A stretch of 64,000 nt of DNA, from positions 1 through 64,000 of IMG/VR virus record IMGVR_UViG_3300024313_000004. The stretch is one strand, 5' to 3'. The position numbers and the translations under genes are program-made. Positions 46,481 to 55,205 of the stretch are shown here, piece by piece; positions within the stretch are counted from its first letter, which is position 1, and every line of letters begins with the position of its first letter. Below the pieces are notes generated by a model. The model did no database searches, was not told where the DNA came from, and was given only the letters and a program-made list of their open reading frames with translations. The stretch comes from a virus.

Positions 46481-47551
46481 TTATACGTTATATTTAAAGT
46501 TATGATTCTCTTCTATATTAAGAAGTGTTTGATAAATCAACTTAATAACATTCTTAACATCTTCTTTATGTACGGTCTCCACCGTAGTATGCATGTAACG
46601 AAGTGGTAATGAAATCAATACAGAAGGAACTCCACCATTTGAATATGCGAATGCGTCTGTATCTGTTCCTGTGGATGTTGAACTGGCTGCTAACTGGAAA
46701 GGAATTTTATTTTTATCTGCAACATCCAGTACTAATTTTCTTAGTTTGTTATGAACAGCTGGTGCTCTTGTGATAACACCACCATTACCTGCAATAAATT
46801 CACCTTCTTTACTTGGAGTATAACAAGGTGATGATGTTTCATGACAAACATCTGTAATTATCGCTACATTTGGTTTAATTGTTTGTGTAATCATTTGTGC
46901 ACCTCTTAGTCCAATTTCTTCTTGAACAGAATTTACTATATAAAGTTTGAATGGTAATTCTTTACCTTTCTCTTTTAGCTTTCTGGCAACTTCTGCAATC
47001 ATGAATCCACCGATTCTATTATCTAGTGCTCTTCCTGTGTAGTAATCAGTTCCAAGTTTCATAAATTGATCTTTGAAAGTAATTACGGTACCAATATTGA
47101 TACCCATTTGTATAACTTCTTCCTTACTTGATGCACCAACATCAATAAAGATAGAATCTAAATCCGCTTCTTTCTTTCTATAAGAAATATGAATTGCTGG
47201 GTGTCCAAAGATACCATCTACTGGACCTTTATCACCCCAAAGTGTAACTCTCATAGATGGTGCGATTGTCGCATCTGATCCACCATTTCTAATTACTTTG
47301 ATATAACCTTTTGAGTCAATGTGGTTTACCATCCAACTGATTTCATCGCAATGTGCTTCAATTACTACTTTAAAGTCTGAGTCCATATTACCCATAACAC
47401 CATATGCGGTTCCATAGTTATCTAGTTCTACTTTATCAACATATTTAGAGATGTGATCCATCCACATTTTCTGACCACCCAATTCGTATTCGAATCCAGT
47501 TGGTGCATTACTATTTAGGTACTTTTCTAAAAATTTTTCGTCTATTTTCAT
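46481..47551 (-). CDS. M42-family metallo-aminopeptidase
   Basis: AHCDEI, ALDNRIG, VQEEIGLRGA, DVCH, GTDTD, YMHT. Confidence 0.92.
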   Translation of the reverse strand: MKIDEKFLEKYLNSNAPTGFEYELGGQKMWMDHISKYVDKVELDNYGTAYGVMGNMDSDFKVVIEAHCDEISWMVNHIDSKGYIKVIRNGGSDATIAPSMRVTLWGDKGPVDGIFGHPAIHISYRKKEADLDSIFIDVGASSKEEVIQMGINIGTVITFKDQFMKLGTDYYTGRALDNRIGGFMIAEVARKLKEKGKELPFKLYIVNSVQEEIGLRGAQMITQTIKPNVAIITDVCHETSSPCYTPSKEGEFIAGNGGVITRAPAVHNKLRKLVLDVADKNKIPFQLAASSTSTGTDTDAFAYSNGGVPSVLISLPLRYMHTTVETVHKEDVKNVIKLIYQTLLNIEENHNFKYNV

Positions 47552-47654
47552 TTATTTAAGTTTAAGTTTACTTTATTTTATATGTATTTTTTTAATTTTG
47601 TTTACTGAACAAATAGTATTGTATAATATATAAACAGAGTAAACTTAAATTATA

Positions 47655-48026
47655 ATGAAATTTAGATTAAAAGAAGATTGGTATATTTATAACTTTTTTG
47701 ATAAAGTAAAAATCTATGATAAGGGAGAAGTATTTTTACCTGACGATGATGGTAGATATATGATGAAGGATTTTGATGGTAAAGAAATGTTCCTAAGGTT
47801 TGATGATATGTTAAGTGTTAAAGGTATTGGTGAAGATGGTTTACCTGGAGAACCAATATTTGAGGTAATTGATGAACAAGAGATTGAGTTACTTGTTGAG
47901 GAAGTTCCTGAGGATAAAGATAATGAGATAAAGAACTGGCGAATACAGTTGGATGTTAAAACATCTTTGAAAAATCTTAAAAAGATAGAAATTTTTATTA
48001 AAGAAAATATTAAAGAAATGTTATGA
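47655..48026 (+). CDS. Hypothetical protein
   Basis: 123 aa ORF overlapping the aminotransferase start. Confidence 0.55.
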   Translation: MKFRLKEDWYIYNFFDKVKIYDKGEVFLPDDDGRYMMKDFDGKEMFLRFDDMLSVKGIGEDGLPGEPIFEVIDEQEIELLVEEVPEDKDNEIKNWRIQLDVKTSLKNLKKIEIFIKENIKEML

Positions 48027-49108
48027 ATATAAATACTGCGAATGTGAGTTATTCTTCCATAGTACAAATAGGGGAAAATATAACCAAAATTGAAAAAGAA
48101 ACTGGTGAAAAATATCTAAAACTACACCGAGGTGTAATGGATGTTACTACATTAGATATTGATTCTTTAAAATTGGATCTTAATCTAAATAATACAAAGA
48201 CTCAACAATATAGTGGTAATGATGGTAGTTTAGAATTGATTGATACTATAAAAGAAGAGTTTGGTTTAGAAGGTCATGTCGTTATGACACCTGGTGGAAT
48301 GGCAGGTTTAGATTTGATTATAAACTCTTTAGGTGACCAAACTATCTGGATCCCTAACTATCATTGGGGTTCTTGGAATAAGATACTTACAACACATGGA
48401 AAGGATATTAAAACATTTGATGATCTTAACATTGATGATTTCATGCCTAAAGATGGTGTGGTTATGCTTTGTTATCCATCAAACCCTACTGGTTATTGTC
48501 CAGATTCTGAGATTATTAAAAGTTTCCTTATAAGAGCTAGAGAAGCGGGTGTTACGGTTATATTAGATTTACCATATTACTATCTTTTTAATGATGTAAA
48601 TGATGGTTTATCTGATTTCTTTTTTGATAATGTTATTTTAGTATCTTCTTTTTCTAAATCTATTGGTCTTTCAGGATATCGAGTTGGATTTATATCAACT
48701 AAAAATGAAGAATTGTATCAGACACTTAGAATAAGGTCATTATATAAATATAATTCAATTTCAAATTTACCACAATTTATAATAAATGAACTTCTTAAAG
48801 AAAAGACTGCTATAACTGAATATAGAAAGAAGACTGTTGATAGTATCAAAAAAAATATAATGGTTCTTGAGATGCACGGACTTCTATTTGATGAATATCC
48901 AGTATTACCAACTGGTCCATTTGCGGTTGTAAATGTTTCATATGATGAATTATTGAAATATAAAATATCTAGTGTACCTTTAAGTAAGTTTACTTTGAAT
49001 AAACAACTGAAACATGAAAATTGTAGTAGGATATCGGTGGCGGTTGATCATAAAGTGTTCTGGGAGTATTTTGAGAAAATGTTTGTAAATGAAAAAACCA
49101 CTTTTTAA
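48023..49108 (+). CDS. PLP-dependent aminotransferase class I/II
   Basis: TPGG, PSNPTG, DLPY, SFSKSIGLSGYRVG (PLP lysine). Confidence 0.88.
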   Translation: MNINTANVSYSSIVQIGENITKIEKETGEKYLKLHRGVMDVTTLDIDSLKLDLNLNNTKTQQYSGNDGSLELIDTIKEEFGLEGHVVMTPGGMAGLDLIINSLGDQTIWIPNYHWGSWNKILTTHGKDIKTFDDLNIDDFMPKDGVVMLCYPSNPTGYCPDSEIIKSFLIRAREAGVTVILDLPYYYLFNDVNDGLSDFFFDNVILVSSFSKSIGLSGYRVGFISTKNEELYQTLRIRSLYKYNSISNLPQFIINELLKEKTAITEYRKKTVDSIKKNIMVLEMHGLLFDEYPVLPTGPFAVVNVSYDELLKYKISSVPLSKFTLNKQLKHENCSRISVAVDHKVFWEYFEKMFVNEKTTF

Positions 49109-49120
49109 GTGGTTTTTTTT
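49092..49120 (+). terminator. Intrinsic terminator (CAC/GTG family)
   Basis: aaaaaaccactt-tt-taagtggttttttttt. Confidence 0.75.
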
Positions 49121-49131
49121 ATATATAGTAT

Positions 49132-49278
49132 ATGAAGCATTTAAAATCTTATAAGTTATTTGAAAATTTGGGATCGCTACCAGTTAAGAGATTTCCTACT
49201 GGTCCGGCAATTCATTTTAATTATTTAGAGGGTATACTAAAATCGGCTGGTATCGATATGTATAGAGATTCGAACTGA
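49132..49278 (+). pseudogene. 48-aa ORF with capsid-targeting-like N-terminus, apparently truncated at the methyltransferase cassette
   Basis: MKHLKSYKLFENLGSLPVKRF...YRDSN*; stop lies at the left edge of the attC-like hairpin. Confidence 0.45.
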
Positions 49279-49281
49279 TGG

Positions 49282-49351
49282 AACGTTTATAAAGGAATAA
49301 CATACGAGGGTATGACATCGTTTTAATGTGCTATACACGTTGTTAGCCACA
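49282..49351. repeat. attC-like imperfect palindrome ending in a GTTAGCC core site
   Basis: aacgtttata...catac-gagg-gtatg...tatacacgtt followed by gttagccaca. Confidence 0.55.
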
Positions 49352-49388
49352 GTAATTTAACAGATAAAATTAAATAGAATTAAATAGA

Positions 49389-50090
49389 ATGAAATACTTA
49401 GGAAGTAAAAATAGAATAGCAAAACACATATTACCATTAATGCTTGAAGGTAGAACCAATGAAACTTGGGTAGAGCCTTTTGTTGGGGGTGCTAATATTA
49501 TTGATAAAGTAAAAGGGAATAGAATAGGTGCAGACAAGAATGATTATTTGATACATCTATTTAAGTCATTACAGAAAGGATACGAGCCACCTAAAGAAGT
49601 TAGTAAAGATTTCTTTTTTGAAGTTAAGGCAAATGAAGATAAGTACCCTAAAGAGTTGTATGCTTATTTAGGTTTTGGATTAACTTTTGGTTGTGAATGG
49701 TGGGGCAGTTTTAGAAGGGATAATACAGGTAAAAGAAAATATGACTTAGAAGCATATAATAATGTGATGAAACAAGACTTAAACGGTATTAATTTTATTT
49801 GTAGTGACTATAAAGATTTAGAGGTACCTAAAAATAGTATAATTTACTGCGACCCACCATACGAAGGTGTTAGAAAATATATCGGATTTAAGGATTTTAA
49901 CCACAATGATTTTTGGGAATGGTGTAGAATTAAGACAAAGGAAGGTCATAAGGTTTTTATTTCTGAATATAATGCTCCAATAGACTTTAAATGTATTTGG
50001 GAGAAAGAAATATCTGCAAGTGCAAATAACTCTATAAAAAACGGACAAGGTAAAAAAGCAACTGAGAAGCTATTTATGTATTGTGGCTAA
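49389..50090 (+). CDS. DNA adenine methyltransferase (Dam/D12 class)
   Basis: MKYLGSK, EPFVGGA, YCDPPY, VFISEY. Confidence 0.9.
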   Translation: MKYLGSKNRIAKHILPLMLEGRTNETWVEPFVGGANIIDKVKGNRIGADKNDYLIHLFKSLQKGYEPPKEVSKDFFFEVKANEDKYPKELYAYLGFGLTFGCEWWGSFRRDNTGKRKYDLEAYNNVMKQDLNGINFICSDYKDLEVPKNSIIYCDPPYEGVRKYIGFKDFNHNDFWEWCRIKTKEGHKVFISEYNAPIDFKCIWEKEISASANNSIKNGQGKKATEKLFMYCG

Positions 50091-50094
50091 CAAC
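50082..50094. repeat. 13-bp inverted repeat (inverse core GGCTAAC containing the stop codon)
   Basis: tgtggctaacaac is the exact reverse complement of gttgttagccaca at 49339-49351. Confidence 0.75.
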
Positions 50095-50159
50095 CATATA
50101 TACGTACTTTAACTAAAAATTAGATTATTATAAAGAAATTTAAAAAAAATAGTAAAATT

Positions 50160-50492
50160 ATGAAAAATTTGAAAAAATTTGAGTCATTTAACCCATATGA
50201 TGATGAACCATTGACAAGAGGTGAAGAGATGTTTGGTAAAAAAACAAGATTAGAAAAACAATTTTCTAAAATAGTTGTGAAAGGATTGATAGATGATGAT
50301 ACTGGATATTGGTCAACATTCAATGCACTTAAAATTGAATTAAAGGATGAATGTGATGAAGTCACATTTAAAGAACTACAAACAAGAGTTGTTGAAGATG
50401 AAAATCCAACAGAAGTTATGAATGATATTTGTTCAAGAATTGAACAAAATTCTGAAATAAAAAGATTATTGAAAAAGTTAAACTCTTTTTAA
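50160..50492 (+). CDS. Hypothetical protein with capsid-targeting-like N-terminus
   Basis: MKNLKKFESF. Confidence 0.6.
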   Translation: MKNLKKFESFNPYDDEPLTRGEEMFGKKTRLEKQFSKIVVKGLIDDDTGYWSTFNALKIELKDECDEVTFKELQTRVVEDENPTEVMNDICSRIEQNSEIKRLLKKLNSF

Positions 50493-50497
50493 GAGAG

Positions 50498-50523
50498 AAC
50501 CACTCATAAAGAGTGGTTTTTTT
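50498..50523. terminator. Terminator (CACTC/GAGTG family)
   Basis: aaccactc-ataaa-gagtggttttttt. Confidence 0.8.
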
Positions 50524-50568
50524 ATTTGAATCTATTTACGTCTTTTGTTGTTGTCTCTTGTTTACATA

Positions 50569-51072
50569 TTATCTACCTAAATAGTTCATAAGTTCAATCA
50601 TATTCTTTATTGCAAATCCGAAAGATTCAAGGTTTTTAACAGTATCTCGTAAGAATGTTATATAAGATTCTATTAGTTCGATACATCTATCATTTTCTGC
50701 AATATGTGCATCTATTAGAATCGCCTTTTCACCGGTGTTAGTCTTTACTTGAAAACCGATTGCATAGAATACAAACTTATCTTGTCTTAATTTTTTAATT
50801 TTTGTTGTTTCCTTACTCCTTTTATTTAGAAAAAAGTTTATATTTTCATTTATTTGTTGTCTAAATGATAAAGCGGTTGCTTGTGCATCTAATATAACAC
50901 CTGAATTTGATGGATTAGATAAATCAACGGTAAGTGATTTGAATAGTGGCTCTACTTGTTTATTCCATTCTGCACGTTTATCATTGAATAATTCTTCCAA
51001 TCTATCATTGGTTTCTTTAGTCTTTTGTATTCTGTCTAGTTCTTCTTGATTATAAAGATTCATCTTTTTCAT
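50569..51072 (-). CDS. uvsY: UvsY-like recombination mediator
   Basis: C-terminal FLRDTVKNLESFGFAIKNMIEL matches the UvsY consensus ..I.NRGFAIKNAID. Confidence 0.6.
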   Translation of the reverse strand: MKKMNLYNQEELDRIQKTKETNDRLEELFNDKRAEWNKQVEPLFKSLTVDLSNPSNSGVILDAQATALSFRQQINENINFFLNKRSKETTKIKKLRQDKFVFYAIGFQVKTNTGEKAILIDAHIAENDRCIELIESYITFLRDTVKNLESFGFAIKNMIELMNYLGR

Positions 51073-51478
51073 CGAATATTTTTTTCATCTTCCATTCTCT
51101 ATGGATATCTTTATTATGACAACTTGATAATGTCTGTTCGACCATCATTTTGAAATTACTTTTTATATTACTATTTATATAATCTTCTATTATACAACAC
51201 CACTTTTCTAAAAGGACTTTATCCTCTATTGTAATGTCAGATATATCTGTATTATCAGATGAGAAAACGATTGCCGAGTTCCTATTATCAAAATGAATGG
51301 ACATTCTTCCTGAGAGAGAACCCCAATGTATATTGTTGTTTGTTTTAGGTTCTTCATCAATATCAAAACTTATCCAGTAATTCTTATAACCATACTTTAG
51401 TTCTTTCTGTATCGTCACACGCTCATCATCTTTATGTTTCATCAAAAACGTAATGAACTCATCTATTTCTTCTCTCAT
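51050..51478 (-). CDS. Hypothetical protein
   Basis: 142 aa; HREWKMKKIFDE near the C-terminus. Confidence 0.55.
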   Translation of the reverse strand: MREEIDEFITFLMKHKDDERVTIQKELKYGYKNYWISFDIDEEPKTNNNIHWGSLSGRMSIHFDNRNSAIVFSSDNTDISDITIEDKVLLEKWCCIIEDYINSNIKSNFKMMVEQTLSSCHNKDIHREWKMKKIFDEKDESL

Positions 51479-51532
51479 AGTTCGGATATTTGTTTTTTAC
51501 CTTATTCTATCAAAATATATGATGAATGTTTA

Positions 51533-51564
51533 CAAAAAATCCTCTCGATTTGAGAGGATTTTTG
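51533..51564 (-). terminator. Intrinsic terminator
   Basis: caaaaaatcctctc-gatt-tgagaggatttttg. Confidence 0.8.
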
Positions 51565-52164
51565 TTATTTTATGTCTTTTGATTCAATCAGTGTATATGT
51601 GAAAGAATTTCCGTGTAGCTTTGATGCTTTTTTACAAATTTTCATGAACTCATCAAAATCTTTAACTCTTTTAAAAACTGAACAACCTTCTGACCAGTTT
51701 TCAACCCAAGTAGAATCTCTTCCTGCTTTATGAATATTAATACCAAACATACCAGTATTAGTTTTAGTTTCGTCATATACTAAATCTCGGTTAGCATCTC
51801 TATAAACTGTAACTGATTTTAATCTTTGACATAATGCATCATATTTACCTTGATGTTTAGAAATAGTATACGTTCCTCTGTATTGATTAGGTACTAATCT
51901 AGCTACTCCTGCTTTGTTATGAAATTGTTGAACGCCTTTTTTACCTGGATCTGTTGTTGCTGCCCAAATGAAAAACTTCCATTCACCATTTTCTTTGAAT
52001 GATACTGTAAGGTGGTCATCAAAAACATTAGTTACTTTTTCCCCTGTTGATGAGTTTCTTACTCCAACGATATTTACATCGTATCCTTTGTTTGCATCAT
52101 CCGCAAACCATACGTAGCCTTTTGATTTTACGGCTGCTTCGATTTGTTCTCTTGTATAAGACAT
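51565..52164 (-). CDS. L,D-transpeptidase-like (YkuD-related) peptidoglycan enzyme, intact
   Basis: NIVGVR...TTDPG...LVPNQY...GINIH...NWSEGC (His/Cys dyad)...FTYTL. Confidence 0.7.
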   Translation of the reverse strand: MSYTREQIEAAVKSKGYVWFADDANKGYDVNIVGVRNSSTGEKVTNVFDDHLTVSFKENGEWKFFIWAATTDPGKKGVQQFHNKAGVARLVPNQYRGTYTISKHQGKYDALCQRLKSVTVYRDANRDLVYDETKTNTGMFGINIHKAGRDSTWVENWSEGCSVFKRVKDFDEFMKICKKASKLHGNSFTYTLIESKDIK

Positions 52165-52186
52165 ACTTTTTTATTTAATTTTTTAA

Positions 52187-52498
52187 TCAATATGGTGGTT
52201 CGCCTTGTTCTGTTGCTATACCATTCCATCTTTTAACGTGATTATCGCCTAATGGTTTTTTAGTTTCTTCGGATCCAGCTAAAAAGTTAAATACTTCTTC
52301 TACATCATCTTTAGATGTGGCGATGTGATCTACAGCCCAGTTGTGTCCGTTCGTAAGCATAGCGTCAACTTCTGCCTCATCCATTTCTAACATCTTATCT
52401 ACCAATCTTTTGATTGTTTTAAGGTTTCCAAAGAACATATAGTTTTGTGTACCACCATCATGATTCTCATTAAATGAACTAAATTTTTTTATACTCAT
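52187..52498 (-). CDS. Conserved phage protein with capsid-targeting-like N-terminus
   Basis: NYMFFGNL...NGHNWAVDHI. Confidence 0.6.
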   Translation of the reverse strand: MSIKKFSSFNENHDGGTQNYMFFGNLKTIKRLVDKMLEMDEAEVDAMLTNGHNWAVDHIATSKDDVEEVFNFLAGSEETKKPLGDNHVKRWNGIATEQGEPPY

Positions 52499-52515
52499 AT
52501 CTTTTTTTTATTTTT

Positions 52516-53415
52516 TTATATTTTTTTATCAAATAGATAAAGGTCGTATAAGGTGTTTCCCTTTACGTTCTTTATATTTTTAAGAACTTGTCCTGTAACT
52601 GAGTCTAAAACTTTGAAGACTCCTACTTGTGTTCCTTTATCTGATTGAATTTTAACCGTATTTCCTGGTTGTCCTAATGCACCCAGAACTGCAACGTATT
52701 TATTACCATAAACACTTTTAAGGAAAGAAACTCTTAATGTACTTGTATCTTTAATATTATTGATATAAGAATTATCCATAACTTTTGTTAGGTCTAATTG
52801 ACTTTCAGTATCTGTTACAATTATGGTTGCGAATTTTCTATCATCACCTAAGGTAACTTCTTCTCTATTTTGGATTTTGTTTTGATTGACCAGGCTTTGT
52901 TGATTTCTTCTAATCTCACTAAAATCTGCTTTTGCTATAATACCACCACGCATTCCTTTATCATTCATATTATAACCATTTGGGGCTAATCTGTAGAACG
53001 AACCAGTAAAAGTCATAGAAAGTATTCTATCTGTTCTAAAAAGCCTCCATATCTTATTTATGTGTCTTTTTTGTGACACTGACCATCCATTAAGATGCCA
53101 CCCTCTAAGTAAAGTCTTTCCTTTTGAAGACCTTCCTAAAACCATTGGATAAATTACTCTTTCATGGCCGGCAAAGTGACTATCTTCTTCACCTTTATAA
53201 TTAAGTAGGAATATCATTCCATACTTAATTGCCTTTATCATAGTCTGTTCATTGTACTTTATAGGTTCGTTGATAGGTATATTAGCAATATCTTTTACAT
53301 TTTTTAATGAGAATCTAGGTATAAACTCATTATCTTCTATAAGTTCATATCTTTCTTTGATAACAAATTCAACTGGTTTGTTATTATAATATGCTTTTGT
53401 TTGTGCTAGATTCAT
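52516..53415 (-). CDS. WYL-domain-like protein
   Basis: LNYKG...ERVIYPMVLG...LRGWHLNG.S...WRLFRTDRI. Confidence 0.65.
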   Translation of the reverse strand: MNLAQTKAYYNNKPVEFVIKERYELIEDNEFIPRFSLKNVKDIANIPINEPIKYNEQTMIKAIKYGMIFLLNYKGEEDSHFAGHERVIYPMVLGRSSKGKTLLRGWHLNGWSVSQKRHINKIWRLFRTDRILSMTFTGSFYRLAPNGYNMNDKGMRGGIIAKADFSEIRRNQQSLVNQNKIQNREEVTLGDDRKFATIIVTDTESQLDLTKVMDNSYINNIKDTSTLRVSFLKSVYGNKYVAVLGALGQPGNTVKIQSDKGTQVGVFKVLDSVTGQVLKNIKNVKGNTLYDLYLFDKKI

Positions 53416-53511
53416 AAAATATATATTATTTATTCAGTATATATTATTTTTCGGTAGTGTAAAATAAAAGATATTTATTTTAATATATAAAGAACAATAT
53501 AAATTATAATT

Positions 53512-54273
53512 ATGTCAATAAGAAACAGTGATGATGCTAACAGATACTACCAATTATTAAATGAATTAGTAGATGAATATATGGAGAAAGGTAAAATAAG
53601 GCCTTCTAATCTTAGAAGATATCTTGAACCAGGTAGTGAAAGATTCAAAAAGTTTCTAATTAGAAATAAATTAAATGAAATAACTGGAATTGATAGAGTT
53701 CTTTCTGATGTTATAGAGGATAGAGTAAGTATGGAATCTGATGGTGTTCTTACTTTTGAAAGTTTTAAATTCTTTGAATCTGATGAATTTAAAACATCTA
53801 GTTTAAAGCAGTGTATTTATAAGGATTTGGAAAAGGCTGATATAGGAATGGAAAAGGCACTTGCGGATTTTTTTGATACAAATCTTGGATCTATAGATGT
53901 TGTTGATTCTGATAAACATATATTCTATATAGAAGATGTTGAAAATGATGTGGTGTGTTTATCTGAAGAAGATATTGAGTTAATAAAGGAAAATATGTGT
54001 GACTACCTTTGCACAGAACTTAAGAAGAAAGAAATAGAACTTATAGATAATTCTATAGGAAATCTTAGTATAAACTTAGGTGAATTTATAGAAAGTCAAG
54101 ATGGTTATCAAGGGAGTGATAATACTATTTATAATTCATTTAAATCAACAATAATGAAAAAACTTGAAAATGGTGTTCTAGAGGACATAATAGAAAATCT
54201 AATTGGTGATGATTTCAATGGTGATGTAAAAGTAGGTAAGATAAGAAATTACCAGATATTTTATTGGGGTTAG
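53512..54273 (+). CDS. Hypothetical protein
   Basis: 253 aa; internal LTFESFKFFES motif; TAATATATA upstream. Confidence 0.6.
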   Translation: MSIRNSDDANRYYQLLNELVDEYMEKGKIRPSNLRRYLEPGSERFKKFLIRNKLNEITGIDRVLSDVIEDRVSMESDGVLTFESFKFFESDEFKTSSLKQCIYKDLEKADIGMEKALADFFDTNLGSIDVVDSDKHIFYIEDVENDVVCLSEEDIELIKENMCDYLCTELKKKEIELIDNSIGNLSINLGEFIESQDGYQGSDNTIYNSFKSTIMKKLENGVLEDIIENLIGDDFNGDVKVGKIRNYQIFYWG

Positions 54274-54361
54274 TAGTAAAAACATGCAACATCATGATAT
54301 ACTAATACTATAATTGAATTTGGTTTTTCTTAATTTGTATATAAAAAATTAAACTGTAAAT

Positions 54362-55168
54362 ATGTTATTAAAAATTGGATCATCTGGAGAAGGTGTTAAA
54401 AAATTACAAAGAGCTTTAGGATTAAAAGATGATGGTGACTTTGGTCCTATGACTGAAAATGCTGTTAAGAAATGGCAATCCGAAAATGGATTAAATGATG
54501 ATGGATTGGTTGGTAAAAAAACTTGGGCCAAATTATTCCCTAGTGAAGTTTATACTCTACCAGATAGTAATTTTAAATTGGAAAAATTGAAAGGTCATAT
54601 ACCTGATTCTGTAATAGTTCAGATACCTGAAGTTGCAGAGAAGTTTAATATTACTAATTCTTTAAGATTAGCACACTTTTTATCACAATGTGGTCACGAA
54701 TCTGGTAATTTTAGAGCGGTTAAAGAGAATTTGAATTATTCTTCTAAAGGGTTACAAGCAATATTCGGGAAATATTTTCCTGGTAATTTAGAAGATTCAT
54801 ATGCAAGACAACCAGAAAAAATAGGTTCTCGTGTTTATGCAAATAGAATGGGTAATGGTAATGAAGCATCAGGTGAGGGATTTAAATTTCGTGGAAGAGG
54901 TTATATTCAATTAACTGGTAAAAATAATTACGATGCATTTAGTAAGTTTATTGGTGAAGATTGTGTTTCTAACCCTGATTTAGTTTCAACTAAATATCCT
55001 TTGGCATCAGCAGCATTCTTTTTCGATAAAAATAATTTATGGTCTACTTGTGATTTAGGTTCAAGTGATGATGTTGTTACTAAAGTAACTAGAAGAGTAA
55101 ACGGAGGAACCAATGGACTTGAGGATCGAATCAAACATTTTAAAGAATTCTTTAATTTATTGAAATAA
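54362..55168 (+). CDS. Modular endolysin: PG-binding domain + GH19 chitinase/lysozyme domain
   Basis: LQRALG...DGDFGPMTENAVKKWQ; AHFLSQCGHESG, FRGRGYIQLTGKNNY, VNGGTNG. Confidence 0.92.
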   Translation: MLLKIGSSGEGVKKLQRALGLKDDGDFGPMTENAVKKWQSENGLNDDGLVGKKTWAKLFPSEVYTLPDSNFKLEKLKGHIPDSVIVQIPEVAEKFNITNSLRLAHFLSQCGHESGNFRAVKENLNYSSKGLQAIFGKYFPGNLEDSYARQPEKIGSRVYANRMGNGNEASGEGFKFRGRGYIQLTGKNNYDAFSKFIGEDCVSNPDLVSTKYPLASAAFFFDKNNLWSTCDLGSSDDVVTKVTRRVNGGTNGLEDRIKHFKEFFNLLK

Positions 55169-55175
55169 ATAAACT

Positions 55176-55205
55176 AAAAAGAGAGCCAAAAAGCTCTCTT
55201 TTTTT
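55176..55205. terminator. Bidirectional terminator
   Basis: aaaaagagagc...gctctctttttt. Confidence 0.85.

Noticed and set aside
49276-49341. Selenocysteine read-through of TGA 49276 with a downstream hairpin
   Set aside because: The frame closes 16 codons later with no redox motif; the hairpin is better explained as attC-like.
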